In this document: positions 50,353 to 61,756 of the stretch, piece by piece | How positions within the stretch are numbered: the stretch's first letter is position 1 | Layout: every line of letters begins with the position of its first letter | From: Alphaproteobacteria bacterium | GTDB lineage: Bacteria > Pseudomonadota > Alphaproteobacteria > MPNO01 > UBA830 | Reading direction: 5' to 3' | DNA: 64,000 bases | Assembly: GCA_964291215.2 (NCBI GenBank) | Contig: OZ219791.1 | Coordinates: 960,001-1,024,000, forward strand | Program-made: the position numbers and the translations under genes | Notes under the pieces: model-generated | Told to the model about the DNA's origin: nothing | The model's database searches: none | The model's input: the letters and a program-made list of their open reading frames with translations, nothing else

Positions 50353-51551
50353 TGCTGGCGTCCGCCGCCGGAGAACCGGGAAGAGGCGGTGGTGAGTGTC
50401 CACGACCCGGCCTTGCCGGCGAGAATTATCCCGTGCTGGGCAAGGGCCAGGCGGAACTGCTCGACGGTGCCATAGAATCCGAGCCGCACCGCCGCGGCGC
50501 GGCGTGAGATAGCGACCAGCTGCATGTCTCGCAGCATGGCGACGGAGCCCAGGGTCCGGCGGACCGTGATCCAGTCTGCAAGGCGGGCAAGTGGCATGCG
50601 GGCAATGATCTCGTCGCGGCGCGCGAAACGGAGCAGCGTCCGGCGTTTCCAGTCCTCTTCGAGCCGCTCCGCCACCTCCTGTGCGGCGCGGGCTATGACG
50701 GTGTCACTGCCCTCGTCCTGCCCGCGAGTCAGACTCACGATCCGCGGTTGTTCCGTCTCGCCGCCGCCGAACCGGCGCAGCGTGACCTCAAGCCCGCGCC
50801 GGCCGGAGCGGAGATCGGCGCGGAAGCGTGCGACCGCGGCGAGCACCGACACGGCGCGATAGCGCGCCGCGAGCGCGGCCATCGGCTGGCGGTCGCCGGC
50901 GACGACTTGCCCGGCGCCGAGATCGCGGATGTCTGCAAGGCTGCCATCGGGCAGGAGTATCGGGAACAGCCCGTCGGACGGCGGCAGCGCCTTCCACGCA
51001 TCGAACCACGGGTTGGGCCGTTCCCAGAGCGTCAGGGCGCCGGCATTGTCGAGGATCGGAAGAACGAGCACCGGCCGCGCTGCGGTCTCGGCGAACTCGA
51101 TGCCGCGCGACCGCAGCAGCCGGCGGACTTCCTGGCGCCGGAAGCGAAAGGTCATGGCGGCCAGATAGCGGATGTCGGAGGTCTTCTCTGAATCAATCGT
51201 GAAGCTCTCGACCAGCGGGGCGATCCGCGCCGCGTCCGGACTCGGCAGCCGCGGCCACTGCGTGCGCAGCACCAGCCGGCGGACCAGCCGGCCGAAGGCG
51301 ATGCGGTGCGCCGTGGAAATGGCCGTCTCGCGGGCGGCAGCGGCGGTCTCGGCTTCCTCGTCGACCCGCACGTCGCTGACCGCGAACACGTCCCCGCTAT
51401 GGGTGTGGGGAGAGGCGCTGGCGGCGCCCGGGGCAAGGACGCAGCCGGCCGCCAGCAGCACCAACAGGCGCGCCGCAGCGGCGGCCGGCCCGTTCCGGAG
51501 GGCAAGGGTTTCGACTATGCTGCGGAGGCGTGATGTCCGGTTCGGCTTCAT
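50349..51551 (-). CDS. DUF2066 domain protein
   Basis: Signal-like N-terminus, [34 protein letters not shown]. Usual position divergent from purM. Confidence 0.75.
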   Translation of the reverse strand: MKPNRTSRLRSIVETLALRNGPAAAAARLLVLLAAGCVLAPGAASASPHTHSGDVFAVSDVRVDEEAETAAAARETAISTAHRIAFGRLVRRLVLRTQWPRLPSPDAARIAPLVESFTIDSEKTSDIRYLAAMTFRFRRQEVRRLLRSRGIEFAETAARPVLVLPILDNAGALTLWERPNPWFDAWKALPPSDGLFPILLPDGSLADIRDLGAGQVVAGDRQPMAALAARYRAVSVLAAVARFRADLRSGRRGLEVTLRRFGGGETEQPRIVSLTRGQDEGSDTVIARAAQEVAERLEEDWKRRTLLRFARRDEIIARMPLARLADWITVRRTLGSVAMLRDMQLVAISRRAAAVRLGFYGTVEQFRLALAQHGIILAGKAGSWTLTTASSRFSGGGRQQ

Positions 51552-51580
51552 GCGTCCATTCTACAATCTTCATTCGGGGC

Positions 51581-52657
51581 TTGGCAGCCATCAGCGAATC
51601 CGTACCCAGTTACCGGGCCTCCGGAGTGGATATCGACGCCGGGGCGGAACTTGTCGAGCGTATCCGGCCGCTCGCGGACTCGACCGCCCGTCCGGGCGCG
51701 ATGGGCGGGCTCGGGGGGTTCGGCGGCCTGTTCGATCTCCAAGCGGCAAGGTTCTCCGAGCCCGTCCTGGTCGCGGCGACCGACGGCGTCGGTACCAAGC
51801 TCAAGGTTGCGATCGACGCCGGCATGCATGCGTCGGTGGGGGTCGACCTGGTCGCGATGTGCGTCAACGACCTCGTGGTCCAGGGGGCCGAACCCCTGTT
51901 CTTCCTCGACTACCTTGCCGTCGGCAGGCTCGATCTCGGAACGGCGGAAACGATCATTGCCGGGATCGCCGCCGGATGCCGCGAGGCTGGCTGCGCGCTG
52001 ATTGGTGGCGAGACCGCGGAGATGCCCGGCATGTATGGCGGCGCTGACTACGACCTTGCCGGCTTCGCGGTTGGCGCGGCGGAACGGGGCGCACTGTTGC
52101 CGCGCGGCGACATCGGTCCGGGTGACGTCCTGCTCGGACTGCCGTCCAGCGGCCTGCATGCCAACGGATTCTCGCTGGTCCGCCAACTACTTGTCCGCGA
52201 GGGGATCGATTACGGTGCGCCGGCGCCCTTTGCGCCCGCGAGGACATGGGCGGACGAGTTGCTGGTGCCCACCCGCATCTATGTCGGGCCGTGCCTGAAA
52301 CTCCATGCGGCCGGGCTCGTGAAGGGGTTCGCGCACGTCACTGGCGGAGGTCTCGTCGAGAACATCCCTCGCGTGCTGCCCGGGGGGCTTTCGGCTGCGC
52401 TCGATCCGTCGGCGTGGCCGCTGCCCCCGGTCTTGGGCTGGATGGCGGGGCATGCCCGGGTCCCAGACGACGAGATGGCGCGCGTCTTCAATTGCGGGCT
52501 CGGGATGGTTGCCGTCGCCGGCACCGACCATGCCGATCACGTCGTCGCCATGCTGTGCGGAGACGGCGAGGAGGTGTACCGGATTGGTGAAATCCGCGAA
52601 CGGGAAGACGGCCGGCGGGTCGTTCTCGCCGATCCGGAGGCGGCATGGCGCGGCTGA
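51581..52657 (+). CDS. purM: phosphoribosylformylglycinamidine cyclo-ligase
   Basis: [58 protein letters not shown]. Confidence 0.96.
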   Translation: MAAISESVPSYRASGVDIDAGAELVERIRPLADSTARPGAMGGLGGFGGLFDLQAARFSEPVLVAATDGVGTKLKVAIDAGMHASVGVDLVAMCVNDLVVQGAEPLFFLDYLAVGRLDLGTAETIIAGIAAGCREAGCALIGGETAEMPGMYGGADYDLAGFAVGAAERGALLPRGDIGPGDVLLGLPSSGLHANGFSLVRQLLVREGIDYGAPAPFAPARTWADELLVPTRIYVGPCLKLHAAGLVKGFAHVTGGGLVENIPRVLPGGLSAALDPSAWPLPPVLGWMAGHARVPDDEMARVFNCGLGMVAVAGTDHADHVVAMLCGDGEEVYRIGEIREREDGRRVVLADPEAAWRG

Positions 52658-53349
52658 AGGTTGCGGTGCTGATATCGGGCCGCGGTTCCAATCTCGCGGC
52701 GCTTGTCGATGCCGCGCGCGATCCGTCCTGGCCGGCGGAGATCGTGCTCGTCGTCTCGAATGTCCCGGAAGCTCCCGGACTCGCGCATGCCGTCGAGGCG
52801 GGGATCGCGGCGGTCACGGTTGACCATCGGCGCTACGCGGACCGGGAGCGGTTCGAGGACGCGATCCACGAGCGCCTGGTTGCGGCTGATGTCGGACTCG
52901 TCTGCCTTGCCGGCTTCATGCGGCTGCTGACGGTGGGTTTCGTCGGCCGTTGGACGGACCGGATGATTAACATTCATCCTTCGCTGCTGCCCGCCTACAA
53001 GGGCCTCCGCTGCCACGAGCGCGTGCTCGCGGACGCCGCGCGCATCACCGGGTGCACGGTCCATTTCGTGAGCCCGGGAATGGATGAGGGGCCGATCATC
53101 GTGCAGGCCGCCGTGCCGGTGCTCGACGGCGACGACGCGGCCGGCCTCGCCCGACGCGTGCTGGTGGCCGAACACCGCTGCTATCCCCTTGCTGTCAGGC
53201 TGATTGCCGAGAACCGGGTGCGCGTCGAGAATGGCCGGGTCCGGATCGATTGCGGCGTCGAGGAGGACGCGGTGCTGTTCTCGTCGATGCCGGGACGCCG
53301 CCCTGCCGCGGGGCGCGCTGCTCCCGGGACTTTCCCACGCTGTGGTTGA
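52645..53349 (+). CDS. purN: phosphoribosylglycinamide formyltransferase
   Basis: [42 protein letters not shown]. Confidence 0.96.
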   Translation: MARLKVAVLISGRGSNLAALVDAARDPSWPAEIVLVVSNVPEAPGLAHAVEAGIAAVTVDHRRYADRERFEDAIHERLVAADVGLVCLAGFMRLLTVGFVGRWTDRMINIHPSLLPAYKGLRCHERVLADAARITGCTVHFVSPGMDEGPIIVQAAVPVLDGDDAAGLARRVLVAEHRCYPLAVRLIAENRVRVENGRVRIDCGVEEDAVLFSSMPGRRPAAGRAAPGTFPRCG

Positions 53350-53608
53350 TATTTTCAATAACCGCTGAATGGGGCACAAATTTCTGCATTCTTGTCAGGT
53401 TTTCCGGCTGTGGCGACCCGTGGACGGCCCCGCGGCCAGAAAACCCGGCAGGGTCGGGCCTTTGCAACCTCTCTCCATCAGCAGTCGGCAAGATCGAATG
53501 CAGCGTGGGAAAGTCCTGCACTGCTCCATCCCGTTGTTGAACGGGCCGGATGCGTGCTGTATTTTCGCGCCGTCGAAACCGGCTCGAATGGATCTGGAGA
53601 GTTTGCAG

Positions 53609-53737
53609 ATGGCCTTGGACATGGAGAAGGAGATCGCCCGCCACACCAAGGGGTGGGCAGGTTTTGCGAAGTTCCTGTTCATCTCGACGGCGGCTGTGAT
53701 AGCCGTTCTCGGGCTGATGGCGCTCACGCTTCTCTGA
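53609..53737 (+). CDS. aa3-type cytochrome c oxidase subunit IV-like small membrane protein
   Basis: 42 aa MALDMEKEIARHTKGWAGFAKFLFISTAAVIAVLGLMALTLL (H...W.GF plus one TM helix), with a GGAG RBS. Confidence 0.6.
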   Translation: MALDMEKEIARHTKGWAGFAKFLFISTAAVIAVLGLMALTLL

Positions 53738-53831
53738 CGGGACGGCGCCCGCCCGACTGGCGTTCCGCAGGGCCTCCGAAGGCTGCCGGGACTGGCAGCC
53801 GGCAGATTTTCCCGTCCGGACCGCTTCCCCG

Positions 53832-54254
53832 TCAGCCGACGATATCGGTTCCGGAAAAGAAGAACGTGATTTCCGTCTCCGCGGTTTCTGGGGCGTCGGA
53901 TCCGTGGACCGAATTCGCCTCGACGGACTCGCCGAATTCCTTGCGGATCGTCCCCTCTTTTGCATTCGCGGGATTGGTGGCGCCCATCACGTCGCGATTC
54001 TTGGAGATCGCGTTGTCGCCCTCGAGGACTTGGACGACGATCGGCCCCGAGGTCATGAAGTCGCAGAGGTCGTCGAAGAACGCCCTGTCCCGGTGCACGG
54101 AATAGAACTGTTCGGCCTGGGCGCGGTCTATGCGCAGCCGCTTCTGCGCGACCACCCGCAGGCCTGCCTCCTCAAGCTGAGCGGTGATCGCTCCGGTGAG
54201 GTTGCGGCGGGTGGCGTCCGGCTTGATGATCGAAAGCGTGCGTTCGACGGCCAT
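53832..54254 (-). CDS. ndk: nucleoside-diphosphate kinase
   Basis: [30 protein letters not shown]. Confidence 0.97.
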   Translation of the reverse strand: MAVERTLSIIKPDATRRNLTGAITAQLEEAGLRVVAQKRLRIDRAQAEQFYSVHRDRAFFDDLCDFMTSGPIVVQVLEGDNAISKNRDVMGATNPANAKEGTIRKEFGESVEANSVHGSDAPETAETEITFFFSGTDIVG

Positions 54255-54395
54255 GAATGTGCACTCCTGATGCAAAATCGGTGGCCTTATAGACCGTTCC
54301 ATGACACCGGGCAATAGCGGGAGACGGATCGCCCGACGCGTCCGCCCGGCTTGCGGAGGCGAAGATCGGGGGCCGAATTCCAGCGCGCGCCCGCG

Positions 54396-54848
54396 TCAGA
54401 CGGTCTTCTTTTTCCAGCCGCCCTGCGAGGTCTGCTGCCAGTAGGTCAGCGAATGTCCGGCGTCCCTGCACTGCGCCCAGCGTCGGCGCGCGGCCGACAG
54501 CGAGGCCGCGTTGCGGCCGTCGAAGAGGTCGAGACAGCGCTCGAAGCCCGCAAGGTCCGATGCCTCGGCGTCGTCGACCAGAACGAGGATTCCGGCGCCG
54601 TTCGGGTTCTCCTCGTCCGGAGTGATCCAGAGCGGCTGTTCTTCCGCATCGCCGTCGCGCGTCGTGCCGTGGGCCAGGAATGATCCGCCATCGGCGGTCC
54701 ACAGCAGGTTGCTGAGGAACTCCGCGCGCTCGCCCGATTCGGTGCGGATCACGGCGCGCGCGCCATTGTCGAGGACCTTCTGCATTAACTGCGGAAGCGC
54801 CCGTTCAAGCGGCGTGCGCGACAGGTGATAGAAGCCGATGTCGGTCAT
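54396..54848 (-). CDS. holC: DNA polymerase III subunit chi
   Basis: FYHLSRTPLERALPQL, LWT...SFLAHG, ARRRW, LTYWQQ...GGW. Confidence 0.92.
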   Translation of the reverse strand: MTDIGFYHLSRTPLERALPQLMQKVLDNGARAVIRTESGERAEFLSNLLWTADGGSFLAHGTTRDGDAEEQPLWITPDEENPNGAGILVLVDDAEASDLAGFERCLDLFDGRNAASLSAARRRWAQCRDAGHSLTYWQQTSQGGWKKKTV

Positions 54849-54861
54849 CGACCCGGGCCGC

Positions 54862-56361
54862 TCAGCTCTCGTAGTGTTCCGATACCAGCCGGTCGAGCAG
54901 GCGCACCCCGAAGGCCGTTCCGCCCTTGGGTACCGTCGCGACGCTCTTATTCGACCACGTCACGCCGGCGATGTCGAGGTGAGCCCACTTGATGTCATCC
55001 TTGACGAAGCGGTTGAGGAACTGGGCCGCGGTGACAGCGCCGCCCCACCGGCTGCCCACGTTCTTCATGTCGGCGATATCCGAATCGATCATCTTGTTGT
55101 AGGCCTCGCCGAGCGGCATGCGCCAGATCGGTTCGCCGACGGCTTCCGCGGCGCCCGCGAGCCGTCCCGCCAGCTCGTCGTCATTGGCGAACAGGCCCGC
55201 GTTGTGATGGCCGAGGGCGACGATGATGGCACCCGTCAGCGTTGCCAGATCGATCATCGTGTGGGGTTTGAACTGTTCCTGACAGTACCACATCGCATCG
55301 GCGAGCACGAGGCGGCCTTCGGCGTCGGTATTGATCACCTCGACGGTCTGGCCGGACATCGTGTGCACGACATCGCCAGGCCGTTGCGCGGTCCCCGACG
55401 GCATGTTTTCGACGAGGCCGACGATCCCGACGGCGTTGACCTTAGCCTTGCGTCCGGCAAGCGCCTTCATCAGCCCGAGGACGACGGCGGAGCCACCCAT
55501 GTCCCACTTCATGTCTTCCATGTTGGCCGAAGGCTTGATCGAGATGCCGCCGGTATCGAATGTCACGCCCTTGCCGACGAAGGCGATCGGCCTTCCGCTC
55601 GGCGCGTTCCCCGTTCCGTCCCAGCGCAGGACGACGAGCCGCGGCCGGTTGGCCGAGCCTTGGGCGACGCCAAGCAGCGCGCCCATCTTGAGGCGCGCCA
55701 TCCGTTTCTCGTCGAAGACCTGAACCTTGACCCCCATCTCGGCCAGAGTTTCCGCTTCTTGGGCAAGCGTTGCGGGGTAGATGACGTTCGCAGGTTCCGA
55801 CACGAGGTCGCGGGTGAAGAAGACGCCGTCAGCAATCTTGTCGAGCGGTCGCCACAGCCGTCTCGCGACGGTGGCGGTACCCGTCGAGATGGTCAGCCCT
55901 TCGAGGCTCGGCTTCGCGTCCGGTTTCTCGCGGGTGCGGTACTTGTCGAAACGGTAGGATGCGAGGCGGGCGCCATAGGCGACATTGGCCGCTATGTCGC
56001 CGTCGCCGAGGTTCACGCCCTCGATCGCGTCGACGGCGATCGTTGCCGTCTTGTTGCCGTGCCCCGACAGATGTCTATAGGCCATGCCGCCGAAGGTCTG
56101 GGCCGCAAGGCGGTTGAACTTCGCCGCGTCGCCGAGACCGATCAGCACGATGCGGCTCGCGCCGGTTCCGGCCGGAGCTAGGATGGTGAGGGCTTGCCCG
56201 CTGTCGCCCCGGAAACGGCTGGCCTTCATGGCCCTGCCGACCGCGCCGCCGGTGATCTTGTCCACCTGCTGCGCCGTATTCAGAAGCTTGCGGTCGGCGA
56301 GTACGCCGACGACGAGCGGGTTGGATTTCGGCAGCGAGGGCGATGCAAACCTGATCTTCAT
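54862..56361 (-). CDS. pepA: leucyl aminopeptidase
   Basis: VGKGVTFDTGGISIKP, MKWDMGG, NTDAEGRLVLAD, DLATLTGA, WAHLDIAG. Confidence 0.96.
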   Translation of the reverse strand: MKIRFASPSLPKSNPLVVGVLADRKLLNTAQQVDKITGGAVGRAMKASRFRGDSGQALTILAPAGTGASRIVLIGLGDAAKFNRLAAQTFGGMAYRHLSGHGNKTATIAVDAIEGVNLGDGDIAANVAYGARLASYRFDKYRTREKPDAKPSLEGLTISTGTATVARRLWRPLDKIADGVFFTRDLVSEPANVIYPATLAQEAETLAEMGVKVQVFDEKRMARLKMGALLGVAQGSANRPRLVVLRWDGTGNAPSGRPIAFVGKGVTFDTGGISIKPSANMEDMKWDMGGSAVVLGLMKALAGRKAKVNAVGIVGLVENMPSGTAQRPGDVVHTMSGQTVEVINTDAEGRLVLADAMWYCQEQFKPHTMIDLATLTGAIIVALGHHNAGLFANDDELAGRLAGAAEAVGEPIWRMPLGEAYNKMIDSDIADMKNVGSRWGGAVTAAQFLNRFVKDDIKWAHLDIAGVTWSNKSVATVPKGGTAFGVRLLDRLVSEHYES

Positions 56362-56539
56362 CTTCGAAACTCCATCTGGTCAGGGTCCGGAAGGCGGTCT
56401 CGTGCCTGGGAAGCCGCGACATCCCGGTGCGGCAGGGCCGACCGCGACAGGAGTTGTCAGCACTTCAATCGGGCCGCGGGACAGGCGGTTGAAGGGCGCG
56501 GCTGATGGCAACGCCGGACTGAGCGACTATAATCAGTCG

Positions 56540-57667
56540 ATGGGCAAACTCCAACTGTACATCCTCCAGCAGTTGTTCTGGGCTACGGTGGCCATCATCG
56601 TCGCCCTTGCTTGCATCGTCTGGCTCACCCAGTCCCTGCGTTTCGTCGACATGATCGTGAGCAGGGGCCTTTCGTTGACAGCGTTCATCAGTTTCACGCT
56701 TCTGCTCCTGCCGACCTTTCTCGCGATCATCGGACCGATCGCCCTGTTCGTCGCAACCCTGTTCATCTACAACAAGATGATGCACGACCGCGAGCTCGTC
56801 ATCCTCAGCGCGAGCGGCCTCGGACCCGGCTTCATCTCCCGCCCGGCCATTCTTCTGGCCCTTGTGCTGGTGGTTTTCGGCTATTTCAACACGCTCTATC
56901 TCATGCCGACGGCGTTTCGCGAATTCAAGGATCTCCAGCGGGCCTTTCGCGCCGATCTTTCGCACCTCTTCGTCCAGGAAGGCGTGTTCAACTCGATCAT
57001 CGACGGCGTAACCGTTTTCGTCCGCGAGCGCCACGGCCGCGGCCGCTTCAAGGGCATCGTGGTGCATGATGAGCGCGACCCGGAGATACCGGTCACGATC
57101 ATGGCCGAACAGGGCGCGATTCTCTCCGACAACCGTGGGTCACGGGTAGTGATGACGAAAGGCAACCGCCAGGAAGTCAGCCGCAAGGACGGCCGGCTTA
57201 CATTGCTGCATTTCGACAGCTACACGCTTGATCTCGCGGCGCTGGATTCAGGCGGGGCCATCTATGCGCGAGAACCGCGCGAACGCTTTTTGCACGAGCT
57301 GTTTCTTCCCGAACCCGCGTCGGGTCCGTCCGCCAACTACCAGAGGTTCAGAATGGAGGGGCTGTCGCGCCTGGCGATGCCGCTTCTTTACCCCTGCTTC
57401 GTACTGGTCGCCCTCGGTGCGCTGCTCTCGGGCGGGTTCGATCGCAGGGGACATCTGCGTCGTATCCTGGTGGCCGCATGCGTGGTTGCCGTCGTGCAGC
57501 TCGGGTTCTTCGGCGCCATGAGCGTGGGTACGGTGATGGCCGAACTGGAAACGCTGATACTGGTCCTGCCGGTGGCCGCCATCGCAATCTCTGCGGTCCT
57601 CCTCGCCAGGTCGGGCCGGACAATGAACCGTCGGCGCATGCCGGCCGGGCCGGGAGTCCCGCCGTGA
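56540..57667 (+). CDS. lptF: LPS export ABC transporter permease LptF
   Basis: WLTQSLRFVD, DRELVILSASG, EG.FN, divergent from pepA. Confidence 0.9.
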   Translation: MGKLQLYILQQLFWATVAIIVALACIVWLTQSLRFVDMIVSRGLSLTAFISFTLLLLPTFLAIIGPIALFVATLFIYNKMMHDRELVILSASGLGPGFISRPAILLALVLVVFGYFNTLYLMPTAFREFKDLQRAFRADLSHLFVQEGVFNSIIDGVTVFVRERHGRGRFKGIVVHDERDPEIPVTIMAEQGAILSDNRGSRVVMTKGNRQEVSRKDGRLTLLHFDSYTLDLAALDSGGAIYAREPRERFLHELFLPEPASGPSANYQRFRMEGLSRLAMPLLYPCFVLVALGALLSGGFDRRGHLRRILVAACVVAVVQLGFFGAMSVGTVMAELETLILVLPVAAIAISAVLLARSGRTMNRRRMPAGPGVPP

Positions 57668-58761
57668 GGCCGTTCGGATCGCTTTCCGTGTATCTCGGGC
57701 GGCAGTTCCTGTTCTGGTTCCTCTGCTTCGCGTTTGCGCTGCTGGCTGTCATCATGCTTGTCGACATGGTCGAGATCTTCCGGCGGGTGTCTCAGCGCGG
57801 GGAGGGAGGCGGCATCTTCGTGGTTCTCCGAATGGTCCTGCTCAAGGCGCCGTCCATGCTGGAGAAGACAATCCCGTTCGCGGCGCTGCTGGGCACGGCG
57901 GCAATGCTGTGGCGCCTCAATCGTCACCACGAAATCGTGGTGATGCGGGCGTCGGGCATATCGGTCTGGCAGATTCTTGCGCCGGTCGTGGTGCTTGCGA
58001 TCGCCATCGGCATGGTCAAGGTCACGGTGATCAATCCGTTCGCGTCGGCGGCGCTGCTGAGCTATGAAATTCTTGAGGCAAAGCACATCCGTGGCCGGAC
58101 AAACCTCGCTGCTGTCGCAAGAAACGGGCTGTGGTTCAGGCAGTCCCTACCCGAGGGCAGTTACATCCTGCATGCGAGTTCGATCTCGATCGAGGATGTC
58201 CGCCTGAAGGATGTCGTCGTATTCCGGATGCGCGACGGCGACCAATTCGTGGCCCGGATAGACGCTCCTGCGGCGGTCCTCGAAGGCGGGCACTGGCGGA
58301 TCGAGAACCCGACCATCGCCGCGCCGGACTCGCAACCCGCCCGCCCGGGGACGATCCGTCTGTCCACGGACCTGACCCCCGAGAATATCAATGACAGCTT
58401 TGCTCCGCCGGAGACGATCTCGTTCTGGTCTTTGCCGTCCTTCATCCGTGTCCTCGAGAGTGCCGGATTTTCTGGCATTCGCCACAAGCTGCACTGGCAC
58501 GCCGAACTTGCGCTGCCGTTTCTGCTGGCCGCTATCGTCCTGCTGGCGGCCACGTTTTCCCTGAGGCCAGCAAGACAGCGCGGCGGCACCGTCGTCGTGG
58601 CAGCGAGTCTCGGCACAGCGTTCCTGCTCTACTTCCTGACCGACATTGCCCATGCGCTGGGTTCGTCAACCAGAATCCCGATCCTGATGGCGGTGTGGGC
58701 GCCGGTGCTGGTCGGTTTCTTTGCTGGCATCGGCGTCCTGTTGCATCTCGAGGACGGTTGA
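57664..58761 (+). CDS. lptG: LPS export ABC transporter permease LptG
   Basis: LSVYLGRQF, EIVVMRASGISVWQ, GLWFRQ, SFWSLP.FI, AVWAP, LLHLEDG. Confidence 0.92.
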   Translation: MRPFGSLSVYLGRQFLFWFLCFAFALLAVIMLVDMVEIFRRVSQRGEGGGIFVVLRMVLLKAPSMLEKTIPFAALLGTAAMLWRLNRHHEIVVMRASGISVWQILAPVVVLAIAIGMVKVTVINPFASAALLSYEILEAKHIRGRTNLAAVARNGLWFRQSLPEGSYILHASSISIEDVRLKDVVVFRMRDGDQFVARIDAPAAVLEGGHWRIENPTIAAPDSQPARPGTIRLSTDLTPENINDSFAPPETISFWSLPSFIRVLESAGFSGIRHKLHWHAELALPFLLAAIVLLAATFSLRPARQRGGTVVVAASLGTAFLLYFLTDIAHALGSSTRIPILMAVWAPVLVGFFAGIGVLLHLEDG

Positions 58762-58762
58762 A

Positions 58763-60958
58763 ATGCGATCTGCTGCCAGGCTGGCCGCGGCGGCTGCGAT
58801 GCTGGTTGCGCTGCAGGTAATGGTCGCGGCGCCGGCAAACGCCCAGGTTGCGGATCCGTCCGGCGATCACGGGCCTGTGCTGTTCGAGGCCGAAGATGTC
58901 CGCCATGACCGTGAGACCGGCATCGTGGTGGCGACGGGACATGTCCGCTTCAGCCGCGGCGACAGGACCCTGCTCGCCGACCGTATCGCCTACGATCAGC
59001 GCGCGGGCACTGTCACGGCTTCGGGCAATGTCCGGCTGCATGAACCGACAGGGGAGGTCGTGTTCGCCGACGAGATGGTCCTGGACGACCCGCTCAAGGA
59101 GGCAGTCGCGGAGAATATCGCGCTGCGGTTCACCGACGACTCCCGCGTCGCCGCGGCCAGCGGACGCCGAACGGGCGACGGGATCACGGAATTCCGGAAG
59201 ATGGTGTATTCGCCGTGCAAGCTTTGCGAGGACGATCCCGACAGCGAGCCCATATGGCAGCTCAAGGCCTACAAGGCGATCCACGACCAGAACAGGAACG
59301 ACATCATCTATGAGGGAGCCTTTCTCGAGTTCTTCGGACTCCCGGTATTCTATGTGCCATGGTTTTCCCATCCTGATCCCACCGTGGAAAGGCGATCCGG
59401 TTTCCTGCTGCCGTCATACATCAGCGACGACGATCTCGGTGTGGTCGTCAAGACGCCGTACTACCTCGATCTGGCGCCGAACATCGATTTGACTTTGACG
59501 CCGGTGCTCACGACGCGCGAGGGTGTCGGCGCCGAGATGCGGTTCCGGCATCTCCTCGACAATGCGGAGTACGACATCTTGGGCAGCGCTTATTACGAAT
59601 CCGATGTCGACAGCGCGGAGGTGAATACACTGCGGGGCGCGGTACGTTCCCGTTTCCGCCTTCATATCGACGATACCTGGCGCGCGGGCGCCGACCTGCG
59701 TCTGGCATCGGATGATACCTACATGCGCAAATACGAGTTCGTTGCCGAGGACACGCTGGAGAACCGGTTGCGCCTTGAGGGCTTCATGGGCACGGACTAC
59801 GCCGCAGCTACCGGCTATTATTTTCAAAGCCTGAGGCCCGACGACCGCTCCGGAGAGATTCCGGTTGTACTGCCGATGCTCGATTACAGCTTCGTGGGCG
59901 ATCCGGGGCCGCGAGGCCAGTTGTGGAAGGTGGACGCCAACATCCTCAACCTGTACCGGAGGGCCGGCACGGATACCCGCCGCGCTTCGGTCAGGACCTG
60001 GTGGGAGGTTCCCGGCGCAACCGGGGGCGGAGACATCTACCGCCTGTTCGGATCGCTTCAGGCGGATGCCTACTGGACCAACTACGGAGATTCGGACGGG
60101 GCCAGCGAGCGGGGCCGGCTGTTTCCGCAGGTCGGCATCGATTGGCGCAGGCCGCTGTTCCGGGTGTCGCGGAGCCACACCGAGATCCTGGAACCGGCGG
60201 CAACTCTGATTCTCGCGCCTGACGCGCAGAACACGAAGGACATTCCCAACGAAGACAGCATCGGCGTGGAGTTCGACGACGCGAATCTGTTTGCCACGAA
60301 CCGCAATACCGGAATCGATCGGGTCGAGGGCAATCCGCGCATCAGCTACGGGCTCCACGGCGGCGTCTACGGCAAGCGGGGTGGCCTCAGCACGTTCTTC
60401 GTCGGACAGAGCTATCGCTTCAGCGGCGACAACGATTTCGGCGCGCGTACGGGGCTCAAGAGAAAACTGTCGGATGTCGTGGGCAGCGTCCGGGTGTCTC
60501 CTGGCGACAGATTCGATCTCCTCTACCGGTTCCGCATCGACAATGCGAGCTGGTCGATGCGCCACAGCGAGCTTCAGGGCTCGGCCGGAGGGGCTCGGCT
60601 CCGTCTTGACGTTAGCCACCTGCTGATCAAGGAGCAGGATGCCGGAGTTTCGGTCGACCCGGACTATCCTTTTGACGAGCGCGAGGAGATCAGGGCGGAA
60701 ATTTCATCGAGTTTTGCAAGGTACTGGCGCTCGGGGATCAATCTTCATCGCGATCTCACCGGCGGGGGCCGCTCGCTCCGCCACGGCGCGTACCTGATGT
60801 ATGACGACGAGTGCTTTCATTTTCGCATCGACTATTCGCGGAGGTTCACCCGCAGCCGACTGCTGCGGCCGCAGGACACGATTTTCCTTCGCATCGGCCT
60901 GAAGACGTTGGGTGAGTCCGGTTTTTCAGGGTTCCAGAAGCCGGCCCGCGACCGCTGA
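58763..60958 (+). CDS. lptD: LPS-assembly outer membrane protein LptD
   Basis: ATGHVR, YSPCKLC, P.WQLKA, HPDPTVERRSGFLLP, IPNEDS..EFDDANLF, YDDECF, LKTLG. Confidence 0.93.
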   Translation: MRSAARLAAAAAMLVALQVMVAAPANAQVADPSGDHGPVLFEAEDVRHDRETGIVVATGHVRFSRGDRTLLADRIAYDQRAGTVTASGNVRLHEPTGEVVFADEMVLDDPLKEAVAENIALRFTDDSRVAAASGRRTGDGITEFRKMVYSPCKLCEDDPDSEPIWQLKAYKAIHDQNRNDIIYEGAFLEFFGLPVFYVPWFSHPDPTVERRSGFLLPSYISDDDLGVVVKTPYYLDLAPNIDLTLTPVLTTREGVGAEMRFRHLLDNAEYDILGSAYYESDVDSAEVNTLRGAVRSRFRLHIDDTWRAGADLRLASDDTYMRKYEFVAEDTLENRLRLEGFMGTDYAAATGYYFQSLRPDDRSGEIPVVLPMLDYSFVGDPGPRGQLWKVDANILNLYRRAGTDTRRASVRTWWEVPGATGGGDIYRLFGSLQADAYWTNYGDSDGASERGRLFPQVGIDWRRPLFRVSRSHTEILEPAATLILAPDAQNTKDIPNEDSIGVEFDDANLFATNRNTGIDRVEGNPRISYGLHGGVYGKRGGLSTFFVGQSYRFSGDNDFGARTGLKRKLSDVVGSVRVSPGDRFDLLYRFRIDNASWSMRHSELQGSAGGARLRLDVSHLLIKEQDAGVSVDPDYPFDEREEIRAEISSSFARYWRSGINLHRDLTGGGRSLRHGAYLMYDDECFHFRIDYSRRFTRSRLLRPQDTIFLRIGLKTLGESGFSGFQKPARDR

Positions 60959-61105
60959 CGCGGGACGGTCGGCAGAACCCGGAGATTCCCGTTCCCTGAT
61001 CCGGTTGCTTCGAAGGCGGTCTCGCGTGTTCGCCGATCCCCTGCTACACGATCCTTTCCGGGAGGCACCCGGGGCGTAACTGATCAAACACGGACGTTCG
61101 GTAGT

Positions 61106-61444
61106 GTAACTGCTCAAGCCTGATTTTGTCGAGCGCTCACAGGCCGTGGATTGATGGTTCCGATGTGGTGGCGCCGAGGGAGGATTTCGCAAGCGCAGTT
61201 TCGGGATCAGCTGGATGGGGCCGGGCCAGCGTTTTTAGGACATTCAAGCCTTGCTTTCGGGGGAATTACGGATCGCAGGTTGGCGAAGTCGCAGGCGCCT
61301 TGCATGGAGCGGAAGCCACCCGAGATATTCTGTCGCAGCTTGCCGATCCGGAGACCGCGCTCGGCCTCGTTGAGAGTGCGTCGGCGTCGGCGCAATCAGC
61401 ACCTGGCTCAGACCCGTCGTTGCCTTCGATCCGAAATACCCCAA
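61106..61444 (-). mobile_element. internally deleted relic of a second MTase-IS66 lineage
   Basis: GYFGSKATTGLSQVLIAPTPTH joined directly to tnpC LNEAERGLRIGKLRQNISGGFRSMQGACDFANLRSVI. End GTAACTGCTCAAGCC at 61106. Confidence 0.7.
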
Positions 61445-61720
61445 CCGCCGCCCTTCTGTGCTGGATGCCCGAACTCGGTAGCGTCGGCAGCCTTGATCGG
61501 GGTGGCGCCGATGGCTGACGACCACGGTGCCCGGCACATCCGCGGCGGGCGCAGAAGGCCACGCGATCTCCTGTTCATAGCCGCAATCTCGGCGGCACGC
61601 TTCAACGCAGATCTGGTGTTCGAACGCCTCGAGACCGCCGGCAAGCAAGGTCGCGATTGTCGCCGTGATGCGCAACGTGCTGGCGAACACCTTAGATGCG
61701 ACAGCAGCGTTGCTGGTCGC
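61445..61720 (+). pseudogene. IS110-family transposase C-terminal fragment
   Basis: WMPELG, AALIGVAPMADD.G.RHIRGGRRRPRDLLFIAAISAARFN, KVAIVAVMR. Confidence 0.7.
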
Positions 61721-61756
61721 CCGAAGCACCGATGAGTGAGCGAAGGAGACCCCCTC

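Noticed and set aside
61445-61720. IS110 bridge-RNA system
   Set aside because: Only an eroded C-terminal fragment remains, with no ends or non-coding region attributable to it.
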